63,148 nt of DNA, filler included, from Squatina squatina (GCA_031763465.1; 3 parts of 3 records of this genome joined end to end with filler, not necessarily neighbours in it); one strand, 5' to 3'; shown: positions 1-12,118, numbered from the whole stretch's first letter. Translations and numbers: made by a program. Notes: generated by a model not told the origin, from the sequence alone.

Positions 1-226
1 CAATTGGGCCCCCTACATATTTAAAATTAATTAACATGGCATTTAATTAAATAATTACCAGGCGTAAGAATTTCACGGGCATTCGCTGGGCAGAACTCTC
101 CACCCGTGGAGGCCCTTTTCCCAGGGATGCGGAAGCGCAGCGCATTCCTAAACCCGGAACTTGCGTGGCCCCTTTGGGTGCGTGTGCACCTCGTATACAC
201 CCGTAGGGGCAGCAAATTACGGCCCA
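1..226. mobile_element. Adjacent or nested ends of Harbinger-type MITEs
   Basis: 1-13 CAATTGGGCCCCC is the reverse complement of the GGGGGCCCAATTG terminus at 21511. A CpG-rich segment follows and ends in GCAAATTACGGCCCA then TAA, a second TIR-like end with a Harbinger-type target. Confidence 0.55.
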
Positions 227-731
227 TAAATAACAGGTACAGACAAAATACAAGTTGTTACATCAGTATCAAGCATTGCCCAGGCCAGGGGTAATAGCAT
301 GGGCTGAATACATGATGAACTCTCTCCATTGTCTCAACAATGCTCCAATCCTCACAGATAACCTCAGAAACACACATTTTACAGAAAACAGATTGTAAAG
401 AGCCACAGGAGGGGGAGGAAGGCACTGTGAGCATATCACAGAGATCCTGGTGAGAACAACACTATGCGTCCAAGTGACCTAGGACCTCTTCCATCTCCCT
501 TCATTGAGTCACAATATGTATTAACTTGCTGTTCTGAAGAAATCTGGATATTGATAAATGGTAAGCATTTGAGTCATTTTAAATGGTATATTTAGTCAGC
601 AAAGCAGAGAGAAGTTATATTAATCAACTACTAGTCATAAAAATCTATCAGAGACACACACTCGGAAGCGTATGTGGATTCTGATCTATATTTTATTGCA
701 CTGATAGAGTGACAATCTAAACAGAACTCAC

Positions 732-872
732 TCAGGAAGAACGTATCCCTGGGATCTGGTTTGAGCATGTCTGCTGCATGTAGCTCTCTGTGTACCATCT
801 TGTGACCTCCTGCGTGACTTGCAAGAGTTTGTGGGATATGATCAACGCTGTTCATCTTCCGTGATGATTCTT
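732..872 (-). CDS. B4GALNT4: B4GALNT4-like beta-1,4-N-acetylgalactosaminyltransferase, internal exon (141 bp)
   Basis: Acceptor ttttaatcacAG and donor GTgagt. Peptide (E)ESSRKMNSVDHIPQTLASHAGGHKMVHRELHAADMLKPDPRDTFFL matches the recalled B4GALNT4 segment ...KMDHVAHVPQSPASH...ADMLRPDPRDTFFL. Phase 1 joins the 1728-1794 exon in frame. Orthology versus paralogy is unresolved. Confidence 0.9.
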
Positions 873-1727
873 CTGTGATTAAAAAATAAATTTTCACACT
901 TCACACACATGTAGCAGCTATTTAGATTTACTTGTTTGCTGCATCTAAAGCCTTAGCACCATCAGAACTTGGATACAAATATTTATTAAAATGGACGGTT
1001 AAAATTTGCATTGCTTTAGCAATTTAGATCTGTGCTTTCTCTATGAGTAATGATGTTCTTAGAGTAAGATATTATCTACTTCAGTAAAGAATATAAATAT
1101 TGTTCGAACTAGAGCAGTTCTTGAGACTAAAAAATATATTTCTGTTTATACCACACAGCCTCAACGAATTAGAGAATTATTTTACACCTAAAACTCATTC
1201 AATTTGTGATGCATTCATTTGAGTAACTTGAGGCAGTAAATATCCTAACAGCTGTAAAACTGTTGCTTGTTTCCTTTAAAAATAACAATACCCTACAATA
1301 AATTAGTGATTTATGGAAACATGCATGCTCTTTACAATGTTGCTCCTTACTGTTCAGGTTTGAGGAAATTTACAGTTCCATTATCAATTTAGGGTTTTAT
1401 TTGGCTTTTTAGTGGGGTAGGTGGAATATAAATTATTACTTTAAGTTGTTAATCACCCATTACTGACAGTTCAATCGAAGTGCAATGAATGNNNNNNNNN
1501 NNNNNNNNNNNNNNNNNNNNNNNNNNNNNNNNNNNNNNNNNNNNNNNNNNNNNNNNNNNNNNNNNNNNNNNNNNNNNNNNNNNNNNNNNNNCAATAAACA
1601 TCTTGATCAGGACCTGGGAGCCTTTGAGTGGGGCCATTGTTGTTAAATGACAATGTTGGTGCTCACCAAAATCCACCCAGATCTTAAGCACCAAGAATTC
1701 CAGGTAAAAGGAATTGGATATACTTAC

Positions 1728-1794
1728 CTGTGTATAGAGAGATGTGCAGTGAATCAATAATTTCAAACTTCACTCCAGGGAGAAATGGTCGCCA
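1728..1794 (-). CDS. B4GALNT4: B4GALNT4-like internal exon (67 bp, end of PA14 domain)
   Basis: Acceptor tttttttctcttccAG and donor G|GTaagt. Peptide [22 protein letters not shown] versus recalled human B4GALNT4 [22 protein letters not shown]. Confidence 0.92.
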
Positions 1795-2009
1795 CTGGAA
1801 GAGAAAAAAATAATTAGTGAGCAGGTGGCTGCTGAGAGATATTCTCCAGGGTCTCAATCATGAAATGGGATTCCAGATGTTAGTGGAGGACATGCAAATT
1901 AAGTCTCTCCACAGAAGAACTCAAGACGCTTTCAAAAAAAGCTTTCACCACTCTTTATCATAGAATTTGTGCTCTTCAGTACAATTGGCATACACTTTTT
2001 TTTAAACAC

Positions 2010-2330
2010 AATTTTTTCCCTTTTCTCCTTTTCACCTGAATCATCATGGGGTAATGTTCCTAGCTGCAAAAGCCCTCTGATATGTCATCCTGGTGGCCAT
2101 ATTTCATGTATAAGTCTAAACAGTGGGTTTTGCTACACTATTAATCTGATGGGGAAGACCAAGTTACCTCATTCCTGTCCTCATCCAATGTCCAGCTACA
2201 TGCATTTTCTAATAGGGGTTCGCAGGATAGCTATCAGGAGTGGGGGCCCTGGCCGGGGTACAGGGGCCAACTGGAACACCCCTACTGTTGCGTTGGCTGA
2301 GATTAGCTAACTCATTCCAGGAGCAGAGAG
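2010..2330 (-). mobile_element. Degenerate shark SINE (family with gagttagctgatctcag motif)
   Basis: The reverse complement shares motifs (gagttagctaatctcagc, cattggatgaggacag, tggccac) with copies at 3660-3810, 15470-15680, 47790-48175 and 58540-58665. Confidence 0.55.
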
Positions 2331-3659
2331 CAAATTGGCAGTCCAACACCTCCCACAAATAAGTATAGTNNNNNNNNNNNNNNNNNNNNNNNNNNNNNNN
2401 NNNNNNNNNNNNNNNNNNNNNNNNNNNNNNNNNNNNNNNNNNNNNNNNNNNNNNNNNNNNNNNNNNNNNTTTAATCTCTCTGCAGTTCAGCAGTTTTGAG
2501 TGCTTCATGCTCCATTACTGATTACTTTTTGCTTTTTTAATCCATTATTCTAATTGTCATTGTATTACAGCTCAAAACACTAATATGGCAAAAGAAAATC
2601 TGCACCACATCTACTGACATAAATTGGCACTGAATAATGAGACATTGGAAAAGCGAGCTCACAGTTATTAGATTTGGTATGAACTCATCTTTCAACCTGC
2701 AGTTTTGCTTGATTTGTAATACAAATTTAATTGGTGCAGTCATAGTAATTTGAAATGAAATAGAATCCGCAGCTGAGATGATAAAATTTAAGATGTGATT
2801 AAATGTTCTTGGAGAGTTAGCGTAAAGTCCATAATGCAATTCAAATAGGAGGGACTGATTAATTTCATTGTGAGCTTCAAGTGTGACTCACCACAAGAAA
2901 GGCAGGCATCCTAAATCAGTGCCCTCGGTGTAAATATTAATTAATATGAGGTTGTAGTTTCAGAAGATTCAATTAAATACAAGATATTTTACTTCTACTC
3001 ATTTTACATGAAGGGCAGGTCATGGAATATTGATTATCTTCAGTTTGATTTACTAGCATTAAGGTATTATTTTCATGTTCAATGTCCAAACAATTTTGCT
3101 TGTATTTTTGCAGAACGGGCGTGGGACTGGGTGATTTAGTGGGTTAGCGCATTGTCCTTTTGACCTCTGGACTTGGGTCCAAATTAATTCTCAACCAGCT
3201 AGTTGCCATGAATCAATAGCATATAACTACCACAAATGGGAACCTTGCTTGGAAATGGGAAAAAAACATCATTGTGTGCAGCTGATTTGTCCTTCCGCCA
3301 TTGGGTAGAGTGTTTGAGTAGAGTGATGGAAGCTTTCTTGTGCATTTGGCTGTGCCTGACCCAGAATGAATGATGGGTGGAGAAAAAGGTGTTTTGTATA
3401 TCCCTTTGCCACAAAAAGTCCTCAGAAATAATAGAATAGAAAAACAAGTGCAGTAATGGCCCGAACTAAATAGCCCTAACTTATAGTATTGTAAACATTG
3501 AAAAATGTGTTTGTTAAAATGCTGGCACTCATTCAGCATTTGGTTGAGTTTAGTATAAATTTATCGGAAATTCTCAGGAAAAAATAGAAACTTGGAAGCC
3601 TGATATGGGGAAAAATAATAAATATNNNNNNNNNNCATGCACTAAAAGTGACGGCTGTA

Positions 3660-3810
3660 GTGATTATCTAAACCATAGACTAGGAAGGTCACTTGTTTCA
3701 TGCCAAGTCTGTATGCAGTTAGCTGATCTCGGCTAAGGCACCAATTGGGATGCAACAGTTGGCTTCAGTGCCCTTGATTAGAGAGGGGAAATTAGCTCTT
3801 GTTCTTGCTT
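3660..3810 (+). mobile_element. Partial copy of the same SINE family
   Basis: gtctgtatgcagtttagctgatctcggc...gattagagagggg resembles 47860-47945. Confidence 0.5.
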
Positions 3811-4972
3811 CTGGAAAAATAAATTGATTTATATTAAAATTATGATCCACTCCAAGTTGAAATGCATCAGAATGTCTGCAATTAAAATAAAAATATAAAT
3901 CTGATTTCTACCAGTCATTCTATGAAGTAAGTTGCTATTGTTTTTGATAGCTTGATAAATATGAAAATGGATTTTTTTTCAATATTTGAGGTCCAATGAA
4001 AATATGTTGAAATGCTACTTCAATTTATTTGGACCTTCATCACCATATGCAAATCCTTTTTAATACCTTGTGCCATCACTGAAGTGAACTGGATTTACTC
4101 TCCACCAATAGTTGTGATTTGACAGGAAGGTCATAACCTCTCAAACAATATAACACCATTTATGACAACTGTGGAAGATATGTTACAATTTGTATACTAC
4201 ATAAATGTTAATTTGTCCCGTGACCAGATTATCAAGCTTTGTGATGTTTTTGTGGGAGTTCACTGAGTGACAGTATTCCAACTCCCACTTTAACTCTTCC
4301 AATACCTAAGAGAAATTATAGTTAATGTTTTTCTTAAAATCAATAACAGACAGGGTCTTCAGAATCTAGAACACCTCTGCGGCAAGCCCAACCAAATTTT
4401 CCAGCATGAGGGAATAGATTCAGTAGCAAGTCTGTCCAGCCTCCATTTTTGAAGTTGTGTGTAGTTGCAGGACTCAAGGGTTTGGCTTTTGTGGGGAAAA
4501 TTTGGGATTTAAAGCTTTGTTTAGATGCAACTTACTCGGTTTGCCCTTTTGAATCCTCCTGTAGTGTTTAGCAATTTACAGTCATGGCCTCTACATAACA
4601 CCTTGTTGACTCACTTGACTTTTTAACTTAGTCTTGGCGAGATGCCTGTTTTAAGTGGAAAGTAACTAGTACCTGATGTTCTAAGTTCAAATAATGTAAA
4701 TTGACACCAATTTCCTCATTTTGATTTGCACTTTGTTAATCCACTTGCATTTTACACTTTGCGTATTTGACCTGCAAAACCAGTTGATTTAGGATCTGAG
4801 ATCAATTTAATTACATAATTTAATGTACACTTAATTTACAGGTGAACTATGCAAGGTGTGACGTGTGTGGAANNNNNNNNNNNNNNNNNNNNNNNNNNNN
4901 NNNNNNNNNNNNNNNNNNNNNNNNNNNNNNNNNNNNNNNNNNNNNNNNNNNNNNNNNNNNNNNNNNNNNNNN

Positions 4973-5050
4973 ATGGTCCATCATCACCTACTCAGGGCAA
5001 TAAGTGCTGGCCTTGCCACCGATGCCAACATCCCATGAATGAATTAAAAT
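4973..5050 (+). mobile_element. 3' tail of a shark SINE/LINE family
   Basis: gggcaataagtgctggccttgcc...cacatcccatgaatgaattaaaa. The same tail occurs at 7010-7066 (+) and 29042-29100 (-). Confidence 0.65.
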
Positions 5051-6109
5051 AATATGTGGCAGGGTGGGGAGGAGAAGGAGTAGAAAATAACTTAAAATTT
5101 AAAAGCCAATGGGAATGCCTTGTGAATATAACCATAACCTTTAAGAACATGACATTTGAAACAAAATCGATTGCAATGTGTACAACTGCAACACACGGCT
5201 GCACTGAAAGGTCTGTTGAGCTCTGATAGTATTGGATTGGAGCTGCCAGCCAATGCATACTGCAGTGGCAGCCTACCAGCATCACGCTTTTAAACAAAAG
5301 GCCACTTTTGGAGCAGCAGCTCCTTGAAGACTATCAACTCCAAAGCAGGTTACTGATTGAAGTCTGAAGCTTACGCTCAATAAATCTGTTCCTATAAGAC
5401 ATCTTCCTGGCAGTGGGGCAGGGCTGATTTCCACTCTGCTCTCTCTCATTCAGCTCGCTGCTAGTGCCTGTGCCAACTTCAGGATAAAATTGCTTATTCT
5501 GCGCATCACTACAATCGAACTTGAGCTAATAGCTCCAAGAGCCATCTGATTGGGAACATCTCAAATTCCCCACAGACGGCTCTTTAATTCTGGGCTTAAT
5601 TACGTTCGATGGCGAGAGAAATTAAAATGTACTAAACAGGTGTAGCTTAATCACCGCATAATGCATTTTAAACCAGCCTTCTCATTAGAAAGAGGCAAAA
5701 CGTAAACCAATAAAAATGCACAAACTATGCTGCATTTCTGTAGGTGATGATGCCGTGGGTTAGCATTCTCTCTTTCTACCCCTGCAGCTTAGATTTAAAT
5801 CCAGCCCAAACTGATCAAATAAAAAAGTCTTCTCCATCTGCAGGTCGCAAGTGAAATGAGCTTGAATAGTTGCAATCCATTTGTGGGCCCACAGCAGAAA
5901 ATAACTATCGGCAGATTGGCATAAGTGGATGACCTCACTCCGGCAGAGGCTGGGAGACAAGATGGCAGGTGCATACAATAGGGAAACGAGTGCTGGTGCA
6001 GAAGAGGCTGATCTTCTAGCTGAGGTTGGGGTTGAAATGCCTCGTTCAGGCACAGAAGAGGGAGCTTCACGCTGCATTTAATCCACGACATACCTGACCT
6101 TGACATGCT

Positions 6110-6420
6110 TCAGGATGATTTAGAGGGTTAAATCTTGAGGACAGGTTGCATAAACTTGGTCTCTGTTCCCTTGAGTACAGCAGGTTGAGGCGCGATCTGA
6201 TGGAGGATTTTAAAATGTTATAAGGACTCGATAGGATAAAGAGGAACTATTTTCACTGGTGGGGAAATCAAGAACGCGTGAATGTAATCTTAAAATTAGA
6301 GTTAGGTCATTTTGGAGGGAAATCAGGAAGCAATTTTTCACGCAAAAGGTAGTAGAAATCTCAAATTCTCTGTGGGTGCTGGGACAATTGGAATTTTTAA
6401 GACTGAGATCGACAGATTTA
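6110..6420 (+). mobile_element. CR1 LINE ORF2 C-terminal fragment (decayed)
   Basis: Encodes RLRRDL..FK and LKIRVRSFWREIRKQFFTQKVV, typical of the CR1 RT C-terminus. Confidence 0.8.
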
Positions 6421-6844
6421 AAAAGCATGCTTTGCGCGTCCAAAATCAATGAAAACAACTCCACCACATTTGAAATTGTCGCCCAAGGGGCCAAAGGGAA
6501 ATTGTCATATCACATATAAAATAAATATGTTAACTTGCCAATGCTCAGAAAATATCATTCATTCCCAAATTCCACAAAGAAGATTGATGGGTTTATATAG
6601 GATATTGTCATATATCCTTTTTGCCCTATTGAGGTATTATAGGATGGCAAATGGAGTTCAACGTGGGCAAGTATGAGGTCATCCACTCTGAATCCATGGA
6701 AGATAAATTGGAGCATTCCCTGTGCATTTATTCAGCTGCTACTCAACAGAAAATAGATCTAATTTGTTTATCACAGACCTATCATTTTATTCTTTGAAAG
6801 TTGCTTTAATTTATTTGACATTTGTTTCACTTTGGCTAAATCCA

Positions 6845-7070
6845 GAACCAAAGCAATGTGGTTGACTGCCATCTGAAATGGCCTAGCAAGTTACTCAGTT
6901 GTATCAAGCTGCTGTGACAAAGTCAGCACCGTGGGAGCACCTTCCCCACACGGACTGCAGCGATTCAAGAAGGAGGCTCCCCACCACCTTCTCGACGGGC
7001 GATCAGGGATGTGTTATAAATGCTGGACCTGGTCATCGACCCCCACATCCCAGGAACCAATTAAAACAAT
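6845..7070 (+). mobile_element. Shark SINE/LINE 3' portion
   Basis: gcaatgtggttgac...gaaatggcctagcaag...ctcagttgtatcaa...ttcaagaaggaggc...cacatcccagg. It matches the reverse complement of 29042-29169 and the tail at 4973. Confidence 0.65.
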
Positions 7071-7152
7071 GCTGGTGTTGTTCGATTTTGGAAGCAATAT
7101 TCTAACAGGTCTCTTCTCTGTTTTGTCCTCCTGTCTCTGTGTTCGATTCCAG

Positions 7153-7256
7153 CTCCCTCGCTTGATGCCAACAACGAGTGGCTCCGTGAGTACCTCACGT
7201 TCAATTTCAGTCTCGCGCCAATGAATAACTTCGAGAGGAATTACCAATACTGGTGA
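7153..7256 (+). CDS. Putative terminal coding exon of an unidentified gene (xPSLDANNEWLREYLTFNFSLAPMNNFERNYQYW*)
   Basis: Branch-point-like CTAAC at 7102-7106, then a ~40 nt AG-free pyrimidine-rich tract, cAG at 7150-7152 and a phase-1 frame open to TGA at 7254-7256. Third codon positions are C/G-rich. No homolog recognised. Confidence 0.5.
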
Positions 7257-7384
7257 ACGACAAACTCGTAGCGACAGTGTTCATGTAATCCTCGTCAAAT
7301 TAGACTGGGGAACGTTGCTCAGTCACGAGAGAGCAGATTATCAGGTCCAGATTCGGTGACTCTCACTCCACGATCGAGGACAAC

Positions 7385-7592
7385 AACATCCTGTATTTAT
7401 CTAGCGCCTGTAACATCGGGGAACGCCCCGAGGCACTTCACAGTGTTGTTATTGGACAAAAGCTTCGACACGGAGTCTCAAAAGGAGATATTAGGACAGG
7501 AGACCAGAAGCTTGGTTAAAGAGCTCGGTTTCAAGGAGTGTCCTAAAGGAGGAGAGAGAGGCGGAGAGGTTTAGGGAGGGAATTCCAGAGCT
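7385..7592 (-). mobile_element. L2-type LINE 3' end
   Basis: caacatcctgtatttatctagcgcc...gcacttcacag...agcttggttaaagag...gggagggaattccagagctt. Same family as 51355-51443 and 54731-54995. Confidence 0.75.
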
Positions 7593-7603
7593 TATGTTCA
7601 TAA

Positions 7604-7759
7604 AGTACTGTCCCTCCGACAGTGCGGCACTCCCTCAGCACTGCCCCTCCGACAGTGCGGCACTCCCTCAGTGCTGTCCGTCCGACAGTGCGGCACTCCC
7701 TCAGTAGTGACCGTCCGACAGTGCGGCGCTCCCTCAGTACTGTCCCTCCGACAGTGCGG
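7604..7759. repeat. 33-bp minisatellite (>=4.7 units, runs into gap) derived from DeuSINE body
   Basis: Unit CCTCCGACAGTGCGGCACTCCCTCAGTACTGTC. It is the reverse complement of the SINE segment cagtgctgagggagtgctacactgttggaag at ~53327-53356. Confidence 0.9.
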
Positions 7760-8884
7760 NNNNNNNNNNNNNNNNNNNNNNNNNNNNNNNNNNNNNNNNN
7801 NNNNNNNNNNNNNNNNNNNNNNNNNNNNNNNNNNNNNNNNNNNNNNNNNNNNNNNNNNNTAAAAGCAGGAACAGAGTGCATCAGCCCCTGCCCCATTTTA
7901 ACTGTCCTCCACCCGATTTCTGCCATATGACAGATCTGGCTTGACAGATGGATCTTTTTTCTTACTCCTCCGATTAATACACAGAAACAAAACTTTTCTT
8001 TAATGATAAAATATCTTGATTAAATTTACAGGAGTATGAGGCTGATAAAATATATTATTCTCAGGCCTTCCAAATCCTGTAGGCAAAACTATCAACAGGC
8101 GAGTGGGAAGGCAGGAAGCAGAAGGATTACACCTTCCATTTTCCCTCAGATGGTCACAGCCTTTAATCTTCTCAGCTGAAGATACAGCATAAACAATCCC
8201 TTTCCAGCAGTCCTCTGCTCTTTGCCTCATCGAATATGACATTCGCGTTGTATTACTAATATAGATTCTTTACACACGGTTGCCTAAACCCACACAAACT
8301 CCATAAGTCACGGTGAAGCAGTCTCCTTGGGCTGAGGTTTGTGGTTTCATTTTGCGATGTAGCAAAAAAACTGCCTCCAGCAATCCATTATCACACGTTT
8401 ATGTCAGGCGCGCAGTTAATACACAAGTCTGGTGTTTTCAATAAACCCTTTTCCATGTGGAAGATTGATTGCCTCTCAGCACGGAGATGAAATGCTGAGA
8501 AAGTATTCAATACTGTCAGGTAATGTTTCATCTGCTCAAACACAAGAATTTGATGTATCTCTTATATTACTGAACTAAATGACTTTCTCTTATACCACAA
8601 ACTACTGTTTTAGAACGTTCCCATTTCTTGTAAACCAGTATGCTGTACATTAAAGAGTGCACTATATAGTCTACAAAGTCATTGTCGCTCTCTCTATCCA
8701 TCATTTTATTCCAATCTCTTCAACAGAAATTTTTAGACAGACAGAAACATGTATTTATAATTCTCATCCACGTCACAGCACATAAAATCCAATGAATGAC
8801 TTCAAAACTCAGTTAACTGTTGTACCTTTGGAAGAAAATAGCCATTTTGAACACAGTAAGATCCCACAAACCCTAATAAAAGGA

Positions 8885-9246
8885 AAAAGACTTGGATTCA
8901 TATGGTGCCTTTCACACCCACTGAATGCCTCAAAGCACTTTACAGCCAATGAATTACTTTTGGAGTGTAGTCACTGTTGTAATGAAGGAAACGTGGCAGT
9001 CAATCTGATTACAAAGCAAGCTCCCACAAACAGCAATGTGTTAATGACCAGATAATCTGTTACTTGTTATGTTGATTGAGGGATAAATATTAGCCAGGAC
9101 ACCAGGGATAACTCCCCTGGTCTTCTTTGAAACAGTGGCACGGGACTGAGAGAGCAGATGGGGCCTCAGTTTAATGTCTCATCCGAAAGACGGTACCTCT
9201 GACAATGCAGCACTCCTTCAGCACTGCACTGAAGTGTCAGCCTAGC
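8885..9246 (-). mobile_element. SacSINE1-like DeuSINE, 5'-truncated
   Basis: The reverse complement is colinear with 53310-53680 (acagccaatgaa, agctcccacaaacagcaatgtg, ccaggacacc, tctcatccgaaagacgg). A second, more diverged partial copy follows at ~9285-9512. Confidence 0.85.
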
Positions 9247-9654
9247 TAATAAAGTGATTGACCTGTTAAACTGCTTTTTGGTGTCGGTTGTGCGGGGTGG
9301 GGCGTAGTGTTGGCCTGAACATTGGGAGCAGTCCTATACTTCAAGTTACACCACGGGATCTTTAACATTCATTTCCTGAACCACTGGAAGGAGCAGGTAG
9401 GGTCATAGCTTAACGGCTCATTGAAAAGACCGCACGTGCGACAATGTAGCACTCTCTCAGTATTACTCTAGAGTGTCAGGTAGATGTGTTTAAGTCGTGG
9501 AGTGGGATATCAACCCCCATTGTAACTGAATGGACACAATCAAATACATTCTGTTGAAATCGACACTGCAAAATAATGATGGAGGCTTCTGAAAAGTTTC
9601 AAAAATACAATCCAGACAACAACACATTCCATGCCAGTCCTCAGAGTAAAGTAC

Positions 9655-10161
9655 CATAGAATCTTACAGTACTGAAGGAGGCCATTCAGCCCATCATGTC
9701 TGTGCCGGCTCTTAGAAAGAGCAAAGCAATTAGTCCACTCCCCTGGTCTTTCCCTACAGCCCTGCAAATCTTTCCTTTTCAAATATTTATCCAATTCCCT
9801 TTTGAACATGACTACTGAACCTGCTTTCACCACCCTTTCAGGCAATGCATTCCAGATCATAACAACTCACCACGCAAAATCTCACATCCGGTTCTGTTGC
9901 CAATCTCCTTTAAATCTGTGTCTTTTGGTTACTGACCCATCTGCCATTGCAAACATTCTCTCCGTATTTACTCTATCAAAACCCCTCATAATTTTGAACA
10001 CCTCTATTAAATCTCCTCTTAACCTTCTCTTCTCTAAGGAGAACAATCTCAGTTTCTCTGGTCTCTCCAGGTAACTAAATTCCCTCATCCCTGGTATCGT
10101 TTTGGTAAGCCTCCTCTGCACCCGCTCCAAGGACTTGACATCCTTCGTAAAGTGTGGTGCC
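9655..10161 (-). mobile_element. CR1 LINE 3' end
   Basis: ERVQRRLTKTIPGMREFSY.ERP.KLRLFSLEKRRLRGDLIEVFKIMRGFDRV and WNALPERVV..GS...FKRELD, followed by the CR1 3' UTR gggctgaatggcctcct. Confidence 0.9.
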
Positions 10162-10618
10162 NNNNNNNNNNNNNNNNNNNNNNNNNNNNNNNNNNNNNNN
10201 NNNNNNNNNNNNNNNNNNNNNNNNNNNNNNNNNNNNNNNNNNNNNNNNNNNNNNNNNNNNNCTGTACAAACAACTGCTATTAATGGTTTTAAAATTATAA
10301 TATAAGGTTAAAAAGAGACATTAATACATTACAGGAGATGTCTTCTGAGAGAAATATAATTTGTCAAATGTTTTAAAAGAAATATTACATGCACTGCAGG
10401 ATATGGCATCGACTTCATTATGAAGGCATTCTGGGTTGAGGTGTGATTCTATCTTTTCATTTCTGTGCTGTCTTCATGTTCAAAAGGAGGACATGCAGAC
10501 AGTGTCCATCAATAAAAAATATCAGCCAGATCCCTCAAAGACATTTCGATGCAGCAACTATGAAAAGCCTCGAATGGCTGTCAGACAAGATAAGTGAGAT
10601 TGAACTGACATCCTGTAC

Positions 10619-10719
10619 CTTGCCTACATGCATCAACAGTCTGGCGTTTGCAGGATTTTCATCAGAACTGAGCCAAAACTCGGAATTATCGTCAGACGCA
10701 ATTGCAAACTGGAAATCAC
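10619..10719 (-). CDS. B4GALNT4: B4GALNT4-like internal exon (101 bp, PA14 domain)
   Basis: Acceptor attttgccAG and donor AAG|GTacag. Peptide (G)[33 protein letters not shown] contains the PA14 SDD.SEFWLS motif of B4GALNT3/4. Confidence 0.93.
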
Positions 10720-11690
10720 CTGGCAAAATATAAATGAAAAGCAATTAATAAAGCTGGACATATATACACATGTTGATAATTTCAGGGTCCACTGTGCCTG
10801 CAGATACAACACATGAGAGTGTGAAAGACTGCATGAGAATGCAGGAGAAATGAAAGCATTNNNNNNNNNNNNNNNNNNNNNNNNNNNNNNNNNNNNNNNN
10901 NNNNNNNNNNNNNNNNNNNNNNNNNNNNNNNNNNNNNNNNNNNNNNNNNNNNNNNNNNNNAAATGGAGAGTTCTACGTCTGCTCCAAGGCAGCCTCTTAC
11001 CAGTAACTCTATGGGCACTGGTACAGGTAGTTGATTCACATTGATAAGTGCGCACCTCATTCTATTGAAAATTTGAAATTATTGGGCATTTCAGCAGGCT
11101 ATATTTCCCCTTTAACATGGAATAAAACAAAGTTGCCAGATTCGGTGACAAATATTCACAAAGAGTCTCAAGCACTTTCAGCAAACTGCCTGCAGGCTAG
11201 CCACTAAAGTCAGATGGAAACAAATCAAATTAACAATGAAGTTTCCACTTCAATCAGTAAGTCTTTCTTACTGAGTAGTCTTGCAGCTCTAGAGCTCAGA
11301 CTTGTTTAGGATATCAATAACTCTTTGAACACAGAACATGACATTTTAACAATAAAGCTGATAAACTCATGGTTCTTCAAATTCCTTCCCTGGGCACCAC
11401 AATCCAATATTTTAAGTACTATTATTCAGTGCAGCAGGCCACTAACATACTTCCTTAAAATCAATCTTTTTTGCCACAAAGATCTCTTCAATAAAGTTTC
11501 TGCTTTAAACATATTGTCAGTCAGCTGAAATTCAAAGAAGCCTAATGCTAGTGGAGAAAAACTATTGAGANNNNNNNNNNNNNNNNNNNNNNNNNNNNNN
11601 NNNNNNNNNNNNNNNNNNNNNNNNNNNNNNNNNNNNNNNNNNNNNNNNNNNNNNNNNNNNNNNNNNNNNNCGTGATTCCGGCCTTTCGAA

Positions 11691-12118
11691 CCTCTCCCAA
11701 TTTCCAACCACTCCTCCGATCCCAGCCTTCCGACCCCGCACCCCCATCCCAGATCCCAGCCTTCTGACACTCCCCCTCTGATCTCCCTGCCGCTAATCCC
11801 ACCCCGATCCTGACCTTCTGACCACCACACATCCCTCTGATCCCAGCGTTCTGACCACCACCACTTCCCTCCACCACCCCGACTCCAATCCCGGCATCTG
11901 ATTCTTCCATTCCTCCTCCCTGCTCCCCAGTTGCAGCCTAGTGCCGCAGGCGACAGACAGTCAACCTTGTAATCTAGTTGGCTGCAGGGGTGGGAAACAG
12001 AGCAAAAAAATATTCATCAGGTCTTGCTGTTAAATTCAGCAGGGCCTGAGGAAATCCATTCTCCCGGGTTTCCCGACCACAATCCAGCTTCCCAGCCCCC
12101 AGCCCAAAATCCTGCCCA
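11691..12118. mobile_element. Non-autonomous DNA transposon (MITE) remnant with C-rich CGATC/CTGACC low-complexity interior
   Basis: C-rich interior ending in aaaatcctgccca (TIR-like). Similar architecture at 46571-47114. Confidence 0.5.

Noticed and set aside
7543-7930. Repetitive ORFs RECRTVGG.../TVRHSLS..., and a CRISPR-like look
   Set aside because: These are translations of a 33-bp head-to-tail minisatellite with no unique spacers, in a vertebrate context without cas genes.
10961-11055. RRRTLHF resembling B4GALNT LRRNLHF
   Set aside because: Upstream residues lack NLHVFEDWCG and there is no acceptor; a chance match.
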